Source: a virus
Reading direction: 5' to 3' (one strand)
IMG/VR virus record: IMGVR_UViG_3300015371_000001
Span: 32,001 to 96,000 of that record
DNA: 64,000 bases
The notes under the pieces were generated by a model. It was not told where the DNA came from. It did not search any database and saw nothing but the letters and a program-made list of their open reading frames with translations. This document shows, one piece after another, positions 10,176 to 17,909 of the stretch (positions within the stretch are counted from its first letter, which is position 1; the number at the start of each line of letters is the position of its first letter). The position numbers were made by a program, and so were the translations under genes.

Positions 10176-10374
10176 CGCGGTCTACAAGTGGGCGCGAGGT
10201 CTCCCCGAGGAGACGGTCAAGCAACTCAAGGAAGCTGGGCTGTACCGGCCCGAGGGTCCTGGCATCTCTGAGGTGGAGCCGGGAGTATGGAGTCACCCGA
10301 GATACTTCCTGAAGAAGCCGAAGGACGACGATGGCACCCATCGCGAGTCTGGCGACGACGCTCGCTCTGCTTGA
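10168..10374 (+). CDS. Small hypothetical protein (MADAVYKW...)
   Basis: ATG overlaps the end of the portal gene; phage-like codon usage. Confidence 0.6.
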   Translation: MADAVYKWARGLPEETVKQLKEAGLYRPEGPGISEVEPGVWSHPRYFLKKPKDDDGTHRESGDDARSA

Positions 10375-11326
10375 CCACAGGCGAGACGATCTCCAGGCGT
10401 ACTCAGGGCAACTGCGCTCGGACATCCGAGACGATGTGCTGGGTGCGGTCGGCGCGTACTCGGATCACATCGCGGCGATCATCCGCGCCAACCCAGACCG
10501 GGACATCAACGAGATCCTGACTCGCGCTGATCTTCAGCGCACGCTCACCACATCGATGGATGGACTGCGGAGGCAGGCCGTGGGCCGGATCAGGTCGTCA
10601 TGGTTCTACGGTTCGGACTTGGCCACCGATCATGTCAATGAGGAGATCGACCGGTTGACAGGTGGCTTTCGACTCAGGCGTAGTCGAGCCGACGACTCCT
10701 ACCTGGAGGGCTTGGTCGACGATGTCAACACCAACATCGATTCGCTCACCAACGCTCTGCTACAACGAGCCGAGCAGATCTACGAGGAGCAGGGTGGGTA
10801 CCTCCAGCACGAGTTGGAGTCCAAGAACGTCCGCAAGGCCAAGGCCAGCCGGATTGCTTCGCTCCTCAAGGACTCGCTCACGCTATCGGCGCAGCGTGCC
10901 GGTATCCGGGTGGCGTACGGATCTCAGGTAGCCGCTGCCCGAGGCTTCACCAACCAGCAGATCGCGGCGTACGCCAGGATGGCCGCTCAGGACCCCAGCA
11001 CCAGGAAGGTGTGGGTGGCCAACTTCTTGAACAACAACCCGTGCGACATGTGCTGGGCGCTCCACGGTGTATCTCTGCCTATCGGCCAGTCGTTCGATCC
11101 GTACGCCACCTTCGGTCGGCGCGTGGTTCGCACCTATCGTGACCTGATCGGTCCGCCACGGCATCCCAACTGCCAGTGTCGGTTGGTGGTGACCCGTGAG
11201 GGGATGGACTTCAGCACGGCATCGCCAGACACCATGCAACAGTTCGCTCAGGAGAAATTGAGGGACGAAATCGGCATTCACGCCGCTCGGGACGCGCTGG
11301 AGCATGTAGCGATCCTGTTCATCTGA
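10331..11326 (+). CDS. MuF-like minor head protein
   Basis: C-terminal KVW...CDMCWALHG...PPRHPNCQCRL motif; lies between portal and scaffold. Confidence 0.8.
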   Translation: MAPIASLATTLALLDHRRDDLQAYSGQLRSDIRDDVLGAVGAYSDHIAAIIRANPDRDINEILTRADLQRTLTTSMDGLRRQAVGRIRSSWFYGSDLATDHVNEEIDRLTGGFRLRRSRADDSYLEGLVDDVNTNIDSLTNALLQRAEQIYEEQGGYLQHELESKNVRKAKASRIASLLKDSLTLSAQRAGIRVAYGSQVAAARGFTNQQIAAYARMAAQDPSTRKVWVANFLNNNPCDMCWALHGVSLPIGQSFDPYATFGRRVVRTYRDLIGPPRHPNCQCRLVVTREGMDFSTASPDTMQQFAQEKLRDEIGIHAARDALEHVAILFI

Positions 11327-11327
11327 T

Positions 11328-11334
11328 CCGATAA
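11328..11334 (+). promoter_or_regulatory. Candidate late promoter -10 element CCGATAA
   Basis: 7 nt before the GTG at 11342, no SD. Confidence 0.6.
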
Positions 11335-11341
11335 GCCATAC

Positions 11342-12463
11342 GTGGCTGATGAACTTGCTGTCGTCCCTAGCGACGATGCCGATTGGGTCGAGCTAGCGCG
11401 CTCGTCGTCCGGTCGTCTGTTCAGGAAGCACATCCTGACCAAGGGCGATCTGATTCATCCCAAGACTGGATCGATCATCCCCATCGATGATCAGTACCTC
11501 GACACGATGGTGGACAACTTCGAGAAGGGTGTCTGCCCTATCGTCCAGGTCCCTCTGGCCGGACCACGCAATGAGCACACCGAGGACCCTGAGCGGAACC
11601 TTGGTGAGGTCGTCGGCCTGGAGAAGGAGGGGGACAAGTTCTTCGCCGTCATCGACGTGCGGGACTCTGACAAGGCGGACAAGGTCGGTAAGACGATCCT
11701 CGGTGCGTCGGCGATGTTCTCTCAGAACTACCTCGACACCAAGACGGGCCAGCATGTCGGTCCCACGCTCTTGCATGTCTGCGCGACCAATAGACCGTAC
11801 GTCCGTGACCTAGAGGACTACGAGGAGCTAGTCGCAGCCTCATCCGATAACAACAGCGATGTGGTCGTGCTGTCCACTGCGGAAGGAACGGACGAGATGC
11901 CGGAAATGACTCGCGACGAGATGATCGCCGCACTGCGCGACGATCATGGCATCGACGTGGTGGCAATGCACGAGGAGCTTGAAGCCTCGCGGCCAGCAGT
12001 CGCCCTCACTCAGCAGCTTGCCAACGCGCTGGTCGACGGAGACATCGTCCAGCTTTCGGCGGGCCAGGAGATGACGATTGACGACGTTCGAGGCGGCGTG
12101 CTCGCGCTCGCCGAGGAGAACAGCCGTCTTGGCCAGTCGGTGGTCAACGCCGCTGACCAGATCACCGAGTTGACCAACGAGTTGGACGAGGTCACGCAGA
12201 AGCAGGCCGACACGCTCATCGACTCGCTGATCGAGCAGGGCCGGATTGCACCTGCGAAGAAGGACGACTACCTCAAGCTGTGCATGACCGACTTCGACAT
12301 GTTCGAGGCGATGGTGCCGGACGAGCCCATCGTCAAGCTCTCCAAGGAGTCCGGCACGTCGGAGACCGACGATGTCCACGACACCAACGAGAAGGCCATC
12401 ACCAGCGAGATCGACCGCTACGTGAAGGCGGACTTCGCGAAGCCGTACGTGCGGACGCAGTAA
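11342..12463 (+). CDS. Prohead protease/scaffold (Mu gpI-like)
   Basis: NEH..., SAMFSQNY, GPTLLHVCATNRPYV protease-like N-terminus; acidic helical scaffold ending in IEQGRIAPA; synteny. Confidence 0.8.
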   Translation: MADELAVVPSDDADWVELARSSSGRLFRKHILTKGDLIHPKTGSIIPIDDQYLDTMVDNFEKGVCPIVQVPLAGPRNEHTEDPERNLGEVVGLEKEGDKFFAVIDVRDSDKADKVGKTILGASAMFSQNYLDTKTGQHVGPTLLHVCATNRPYVRDLEDYEELVAASSDNNSDVVVLSTAEGTDEMPEMTRDEMIAALRDDHGIDVVAMHEELEASRPAVALTQQLANALVDGDIVQLSAGQEMTIDDVRGGVLALAEENSRLGQSVVNAADQITELTNELDEVTQKQADTLIDSLIEQGRIAPAKKDDYLKLCMTDFDMFEAMVPDEPIVKLSKESGTSETDDVHDTNEKAITSEIDRYVKADFAKPYVRTQ

Positions 12464-12497
12464 CCAACAACCCGTCGAGAGGGAATAGAGGACACCG

Positions 12498-12935
12498 ATG
12501 GCGGACGAGTACGCGGGCGATGTGATGCCCGCACCGGGGTTTACCTCCCCGACGGCTGAGTTCACCGACGACGAGCTTCTGTACTCGACGGCTGGGTTCA
12601 CCCAGAAGGGTGTGACTCTCGCTGGCGGACAGGGCGTGGTCGGCCTTGGGACCTTCTTGGGTCGTAAGACTTCGGACAAGCTCTGGTACAAGTACAACAA
12701 CGGAGCCAGCGATGGCACCGAGGTGGTACGTGGCATCCTCCGGCAGTCGGTCGACACTGGTACTGGTGGTGCCCCACCGACCGGGTCCAACCGGAACATG
12801 CAGGGCAACCTGGTGATCCAGGGCATCGTGAAGCGGTCCAAGATCGTCTCGGGTTCAGGCTCCAACGCCTGGGTCGATGCGCTCACCGACCTCAACGCCC
12901 GCGTGGACACCGTGTTGGACACCTTCACCTTCTAG
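12498..12935 (+). CDS. Head decoration protein
   Basis: 145 aa, GVTLAGGQG..GTFLG..DGTEVVRGIL pattern; lies between scaffold and major capsid. Confidence 0.7.
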   Translation: MADEYAGDVMPAPGFTSPTAEFTDDELLYSTAGFTQKGVTLAGGQGVVGLGTFLGRKTSDKLWYKYNNGASDGTEVVRGILRQSVDTGTGGAPPTGSNRNMQGNLVIQGIVKRSKIVSGSGSNAWVDALTDLNARVDTVLDTFTF

Positions 12936-12940
12936 TCCTC

Positions 12941-13372
12941 ATGCAGGATTGCTCAACGGCTGGGTGTAACAACCCAGCCGTTGGTCATGGAAAGAACTGG
13001 CGTAAGTGCCGTAGCTGCTTGAACGAGTACCAGCGGAATTGGCAACGTCAGAACAAGGCGCGTCGGACCATCGTCCGGTTTAAGATCACCGAGGGCGAGT
13101 ACGTCGAACAGCTAGAGGATCAGTACGGCAGGTGTGCCAACCCATCCTGCCTCACCCACTGGCGAGACACGGCCTTCAAGCGCCTGGTGTGGGACAACGA
13201 ACGACGGAAATTGCTCTGTGTCCCCTGTAACAAAGCGCGTGGTCTCCTCCAAGATGATCCACTTCGGCTACGTGGGCTGGCCGATTACGTGGAGGGGACT
13301 CAGACTGCCAATCCGATGAGCCTAAGCAAGGTTCTCGGCGAACCGATAAGCATTGATAGACCAGCCGGTTGA
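12941..13372 (+). CDS. Endonuclease VII-like (His-Me finger) protein
   Basis: CRSC...QYGRCANPSC...LLCVPCNKARGLLQDDPLRLRGLADYV. Confidence 0.7.
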   Translation: MQDCSTAGCNNPAVGHGKNWRKCRSCLNEYQRNWQRQNKARRTIVRFKITEGEYVEQLEDQYGRCANPSCLTHWRDTAFKRLVWDNERRKLLCVPCNKARGLLQDDPLRLRGLADYVEGTQTANPMSLSKVLGEPISIDRPAG

Positions 13373-13454
13373 CTCCACCGTGAGTGGCGCAGGTCGGTCC
13401 CGAGGTTGGGGCGCTGATTTTGGACAGAGGCACCCGTAGCGAAGGAGTCGGCAA

Positions 13455-14462
13455 GTGCCTGAGATCAGTCTTTTGAACCCGACCGTGCTGCGGGGCGTCG
13501 TTGAGAAGTTCACGGCCCCAGAGTCGCTGGTGATGCTCAACCGCGTCGACAAGACTCCGTGGCCGTACCCGAGCGCCACTTGGGACGTGATCCGTGGTTC
13601 GCGCATGATGGCGAAGCCGAACGTCCCCAACTCCGAGGCCCACATCGTGCCTCGTCTGGGTCGGAGCCAGGAGTCGGCGAGCTTCGTCTACCTTCGTGAG
13701 AAGAAGGTGTTCGAGCCCACCACGCTCTACTGGATTCGTACGCCAGGGCAGCTTGCGGCGCGCAACGCCGAAGCTGCGGTCATGCGAGAGATCGGTGACC
13801 TCAACCAGCGCTTCGACAACTTCGCCGAGTTCTGCATCTGGCGGATGTTCACCGGCAACCTGGTGCTCGACTATCCCGACGTGCAGGCCAACGTCGACTA
13901 CAAGCTCCCGTCGAGCCACAAGCCGAACCCAGGCACCTCGTGGGCATCAGGCACCCCCGAGTCGCTGGTCGGCGACATCCGGGCTTGGAAGCGGCTCATC
14001 AGCCGTGACGGTCGTGTTCCGGCGCGTGAGGCGTACGCCACCGAAAAGACGATCTCCTACATCTTCGACGCCTACGCGGACACCGGCTCCAACGCGCCGT
14101 TCCTGCTGAGCGACCGGATGAAGGACCAGTACTACTCGACCGGCACGCTCCCCAACTTCATGGGGCTCGACTGGCATACCACCGAGCACATCTTCGAGGA
14201 CGACAGCGGCAACGAGACGCTGTTCCTGGCGGACAACGCGCTGCTGATCGGCAACTTCACCGAGAACCGTCCGTTCGAGATGTTCGTCGGCCCGACCGCT
14301 GACGACGAGGCTCCGGACTATTTCACCGGCAAGTTCTCCAAGACGTGGAAGGACAAGGACCCGTCGGCCAGGCAGTACCTCCTGGAGTGGCACTTCCTTC
14401 CGGTTATGACCCGTCCTGAGCAGTTCGTCTACGTCGCGGACGTGACCGACACCACGCCATAA
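13455..14462 (+). CDS. Major capsid protein (lambda gpE-like)
   Basis: 335 aa with strong SD (AAGGAG); follows scaffold and decoration genes; KTWKDKDPSARQYLLEWHFLPV C-terminus; strong hairpin follows. Confidence 0.85.
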   Translation: MPEISLLNPTVLRGVVEKFTAPESLVMLNRVDKTPWPYPSATWDVIRGSRMMAKPNVPNSEAHIVPRLGRSQESASFVYLREKKVFEPTTLYWIRTPGQLAARNAEAAVMREIGDLNQRFDNFAEFCIWRMFTGNLVLDYPDVQANVDYKLPSSHKPNPGTSWASGTPESLVGDIRAWKRLISRDGRVPAREAYATEKTISYIFDAYADTGSNAPFLLSDRMKDQYYSTGTLPNFMGLDWHTTEHIFEDDSGNETLFLADNALLIGNFTENRPFEMFVGPTADDEAPDYFTGKFSKTWKDKDPSARQYLLEWHFLPVMTRPEQFVYVADVTDTTP

Positions 14463-14481
14463 CCCTCCCTCCTCCCAGGAA

Positions 14482-14520
14482 TGAGAGCGGTCCCCTTGCG
14501 CCGGGGACCGCTCTCAATTT
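14482..14520 (+). terminator. Intrinsic terminator after the major capsid gene
   Basis: 14-bp stem TGAGAGCGGTCCCC / GGGGACCGCTCTCA, 7-nt loop, followed by ATTT. Confidence 0.8.
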
Positions 14521-14592
14521 ACGGTGAGACTGCGCTGCCCCTCCTCGGTTCCCTACCATGACTGAGGCGGGGCACCGCCATCTTGAAATGAT

Positions 14593-14623
14593 GTTGGTGG
14601 TCGGCAACGTGGTCCGGTAGCCT
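14593..14623 (+). promoter_or_regulatory. Promoter TTGGTG-N18-TAGCCT overlapping a GTTG-N8-CAAC box
   Basis: Same layout as the promoter at 16404-16434. Confidence 0.5.
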
Positions 14624-14653
14624 GGGCAGTCGAACACCAGGAGGCAGCAAATC

Positions 14654-15394
14654 ATGGCTACACGCTTGAACCAACTGCTCGCTATCGACAAGACGCAGCA
14701 GGCAGAGACGAAGTCTGTGGTCACCAAGTCGCACCACGCGCTTCAGACAAGCTCCAAGACGGTGGGTATCCACCGGAGCTACCAGCCGCTCGATGAGGCG
14801 GACACCGACCGACTGCCCGATGAGGGCACGCTGGTCCAGGTCCGTGCGGGTGAGGAGATCCAGCGGGTCCGCAAGGCATGGGGCGACCTCATGGACGTGA
14901 CCGCGAAGAAGGACTGGACCAACCAGTCGGCCAACGCGGATGTTGTCCTGTCGGACGGCACGGTCCTGGTCGAGGGTGCGCCCACGACGTTCCTGCTCTG
15001 GCTGGAGAAGCGGCTGGAGGACATCTACACCTACGTGTCCAAGATCCCGGAGTTGAACCCCGGCATCGAGTGGGAGTACGACCCGAACACGGACACGTAC
15101 CGCTCGAAGCCCACCGAGACGGCGCGCAACAAGAAGGAGCCGAGGGTCGTCACCTTGGCTCCGTCGACCGACAAGCACCCGGCGCAGACCCAACTCCTCA
15201 TGGAGGACAAGCGGGTCGGCACGTTCACCACGACGCACTTCAGCGGTGGGATGCCCCGCAAGGACATTCAGGCGCTCAAGGAGCGGGTGCGCGAGGTCGC
15301 CAAGGCGTCCAAGCAGGCACGGGAGCAGGCCAACCTGGTCGATGTGGACGACATCGAGGTTGCCGACCGTGTCCTGGACTACATCTTCGGGTAG
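14654..15394 (+). CDS. Conserved hypothetical protein (MATRLNQLLAI...; from memory resembles the actinobacterial/phage DUF7873-type family)
   Basis: 246 aa, SD GGAGGCAGC; motifs KKDWTNQSANADV, FLLWLEKRL, TDKHPAQ, HFSGGMP, AREQAN. Confidence 0.8.
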   Translation: MATRLNQLLAIDKTQQAETKSVVTKSHHALQTSSKTVGIHRSYQPLDEADTDRLPDEGTLVQVRAGEEIQRVRKAWGDLMDVTAKKDWTNQSANADVVLSDGTVLVEGAPTTFLLWLEKRLEDIYTYVSKIPELNPGIEWEYDPNTDTYRSKPTETARNKKEPRVVTLAPSTDKHPAQTQLLMEDKRVGTFTTTHFSGGMPRKDIQALKERVREVAKASKQAREQANLVDVDDIEVADRVLDYIFG

Positions 15395-15397
15395 GGT

Positions 15398-15870
15398 TGA
15401 CGTAAGCCAAGTTCATCGTCATTGGTCAGTGAGGGTGCAGCCTCTTAAGCGGCCCCACTCAAGTTCATGGATAGCGGGACCCTAGTGCAGGTTCGAGCCC
15501 TGCCCCCGGTACAACGAGCCGGGGTAGCCCAATCGGTAGAGGCAGTCCCCGCCAGTCAAGCTCGGCTTACAAGTTCATAGACCGTGGGAGGCCGGATCGA
15601 TCTGGCACCGACCCACTAAAAGCAAGAGGAGCGGGTTCAATTCCCGTCCCCGGAGCAGGGTCCCCGTCCCGTGAGCAAGAACGGTGGGGGACGGTGGCTC
15701 TGCTCCGGGGTGGCTCAAGTGGCTGAGCGCTTGCTTACGTCATAGTTCTTTCGGTGCCCAACTGTGTCGGTTCTCCAGGATCGCGGATACGACTACAGAC
15801 CTGACTTTTGAATCAGACCTCTGATCGTTGGGGGTGGCCCACAAGGCAAGGTGGGTCACCCCCGCTTTTT
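15398..15870 (+). ncRNA. Structured RNA with two circularly permuted tRNA-like modules
   Basis: T-arms GCAGG-TTCGAGC-CCTGC (15487-15503) and GCGGG-TTCAATT-CCCGT (15631-15647), each followed by a closed acceptor-like stem and a D-arm-like segment; no credible ORF; ends in a terminator. Confidence 0.75.
15830..15870 (+). terminator. Intrinsic terminator
   Basis: GGGGGTGGCCCAC / GTGGGTCACCCCC stem followed by GCTTTTT. Confidence 0.85.
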
Positions 15871-15911
15871 ATGCTTTAGACTGTTGACGACCGGCAACTA
15901 GGAGGCATGGC

Positions 15912-16436
15912 ATGACCGACTTCGTGGACCTCGATGAGGTAGAACCACTTCCACCGCTCTTTCAGGAGCAGATGGAGAAGGCGGAGAATGTTCACTTCAT
16001 GCTCGCCCCGCAGAATCCCAGCGAGGCAGACCTGGAGGCGTACGCCGACGGCCTGGACGCGGCAGCGGACGTGATCGACTCCAAGGGTTGGTGCCAGAAC
16101 ACCTTCATCGGGCAGGACGGTACGGTCTGTGCCGAGCAGGCGATGTGGGTGGGCTACGGCCTGAAGGGTATGTGCGGGCAGGAAGCGAAGCCCACCGATG
16201 GCCTACCGTTGGCTCAATTCAACAAGGCGCTCGCCATGCTCGCGCTGATCGTCAAGGCGCATGGTGCTCGTACCGGTGCGTCGGTGGCTGGCTGGAACGA
16301 TGAGGACGCCACCACGAAGGAGCAGGTGGTCGACACCCTGCGCTTCGTGGCCAAGGAGTTCCGCATGGGCAAGGCGTACTTCGAAATTAATCTGCCGTGG
16401 GGGGTTGACGGTCGGCAACCAGATGCCGTAGAGTAG
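15912..16436 (+). CDS. Hypothetical protein, 'AAD-I--GWxQ...C...WND' paralog family (DUF6197-like from memory)
   Basis: AAADVIDSKGWCQ..C..GWNDEDATTKEQVVDTLR; SD AGGAGG. Confidence 0.75.
   Translation: MTDFVDLDEVEPLPPLFQEQMEKAENVHFMLAPQNPSEADLEAYADGLDAAADVIDSKGWCQNTFIGQDGTVCAEQAMWVGYGLKGMCGQEAKPTDGLPLAQFNKALAMLALIVKAHGARTGASVAGWNDEDATTKEQVVDTLRFVAKEFRMGKAYFEINLPWGVDGRQPDAVE
16404..16434 (+). promoter_or_regulatory. Housekeeping-type promoter TTGACG-N18-TAGAGT with overlapping GTTG-N8-CAAC box
   Basis: Close to the actinobacterial HrdB/SigA consensus; points into a long ORF-free structured region. Confidence 0.65.
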
Positions 16437-16440
16437 TAGT

Positions 16441-16980
16441 CAAGTGAAGGGGCTCCGAAACCGGTATGCCGGGGGAGTCAAGCCACACCTCGCGGGAGCT
16501 ACGGTGTAACGCGAGGCGAGGACTGCGGCGATAATCCGCGCTCGTGACGGATGGCGGTCAGGTCCCTACGGGGACTGCTCCAACTGGAGACCCCTTCGCG
16601 AACACCCCCTGTGGGCGACTGTTGACCGATGCCTAAGGGCGATCCGGCAGTTCACCGGAAACGCCACGAGTACGGCTGATGAACACGGCGGCTACGCGGC
16701 AGGGGGAGCCAGGGAATCTCGTGAACGGGTAGAGCCGCCGAGTAGGGTTCGAGTCCCGTCCCCAGCGTGTCAGGCGCTCGTCAGAACGGCGGTGAAACCC
16801 CGTGCGGAACACGGAGCGCTGTGGAACCGGGAGACCTCGTCAAGATTGCGATGGCGACGAGACAGCCCGAGGTGGGCCTGATCAGCCGCCCTGGTTCCGG
16901 GCACCGGCAACCATCTCCTTTCGGGCAGAACCCCGAGGTGAGTAGGGAGTAGCTACCCGAAAGCCTCGGGGTTCTTGCTG
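16441..16980 (+). ncRNA. Candidate large structured ncRNA (~540 nt)
   Basis: Domain-closing helices 16444-16452/16591-16599, 16605-16611/16700-16706 and 16707-16714/16889-16896; UACG tetraloop hairpin; T-loop GGGTTCGAGTCCC; 12-bp terminal hairpin. Confidence 0.6.
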
Positions 16981-17012
16981 TACGGAACTGCTAGAACTGA
17001 GTAGAAGGCAGC

Positions 17013-17867
17013 ATGGTGGCATCGGTGTTGATGGGTGTCGGAGTCACGCTCTTGGCGCTCGCCTTCGCACTTGGTTTTCGGCTGCTTCGGATGCGAAACG
17101 AGCTACGCGCCGAGATGAAGGCGAAGGGGTTGCTCGACACCGTCTCCGAGGACGAGATCATGAACACCCACGCTGACTTCGAGAGCAAGACGCTCAGCTT
17201 CGATGCGATGCTCCACAGGACGGCGTTCTTGGAGGGCGAGATCCACGGCAAGGTGCAGCAGTTGGAGTTGGCGCAGCACCTCATCGATTGTCCTAACGCC
17301 AGCAAGCTGCGGCGGCACGCGCTCACCAAGAAGTGGATTCCTGAGCTAGAGTCAGCGGCCAAGCTCAAGCCCAAGCATCCGGGCGCGATGACGGTCGATC
17401 CACCTCAAGCGCGAGCGCGATGGGAGCAGGCTGCCTGGAACGTGTTCCATCTGCCACCCCAGGAGTTCAAGGGGTTGAGCACCGACCAGTTGGAGATGAA
17501 GGTTCGAGGCGCTGGTCTCCGGTGCGATGAGTGCCGCGTTTGGCGTGCGCGTAAGGACATCGTCAGCGACCAGTACGAAAACAGCTTCGGTGATGGGGGC
17601 CGTACTACGTTCTGGTATCGCCGCTGTAAGGACGCCTGCGACCTGAAGCACGTGGAGGCGACTCAACGCGCTGTGCTCAAGACGGCATCGACGCCGCCGA
17701 CGGTCGTGCTCGGGCCAGACGAGGCGATTATCACAGAGGACCGTGCTCCGTTGATCGAGTGGTACTGGAAGTCCAAGGCGACCCATGAACGTGTCATGAA
17801 CATGGGCCATACAGCCAAGTGTGGGTGTCGTGGTTGCAAGCAGAAGCGGGCCGAGGGCTACCGATGA
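17013..17867 (+). CDS. Membrane-anchored hypothetical protein with Cys motifs
   Basis: N-terminal TM helix; CDEC, CKDAC, CGCRGC; SD-like GAAGGCAGC-ATG. Confidence 0.7.
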   Translation: MVASVLMGVGVTLLALAFALGFRLLRMRNELRAEMKAKGLLDTVSEDEIMNTHADFESKTLSFDAMLHRTAFLEGEIHGKVQQLELAQHLIDCPNASKLRRHALTKKWIPELESAAKLKPKHPGAMTVDPPQARARWEQAAWNVFHLPPQEFKGLSTDQLEMKVRGAGLRCDECRVWRARKDIVSDQYENSFGDGGRTTFWYRRCKDACDLKHVEATQRAVLKTASTPPTVVLGPDEAIITEDRAPLIEWYWKSKATHERVMNMGHTAKCGCRGCKQKRAEGYR

Positions 17868-17909
17868 TCGACTTGGTTGGATAGACTGACTACGACCATA
17901 GGAGGCAGC

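Noticed and set aside
15400-15580. CRISPR-like mini-array from the CAAGTTCAT repeats
   Set aside because: The repeats are only 9 nt with irregular spacing (52 and 110 nt), and no cas genes are visible
15474-15736. Canonical tRNA genes
   Set aside because: T-arms precede D-arms, the acceptor stems are closed, and there is no anticodon loop or CCA end. Joining the D-arm of module 1 to the T-arm of module 2 leaves ~85 nt between them with no convincing anticodon arm.
16767-16952. 61-aa ORF in the ORF track
   Set aside because: No SD, and it lies within dense predicted RNA structure
16441-16980. tmRNA, RNase P RNA or self-splicing intron
   Set aside because: No terminal TCCACCA acceptor or tag ORF, no GAGGAAAGTCC motif, and no interrupted flanking gene
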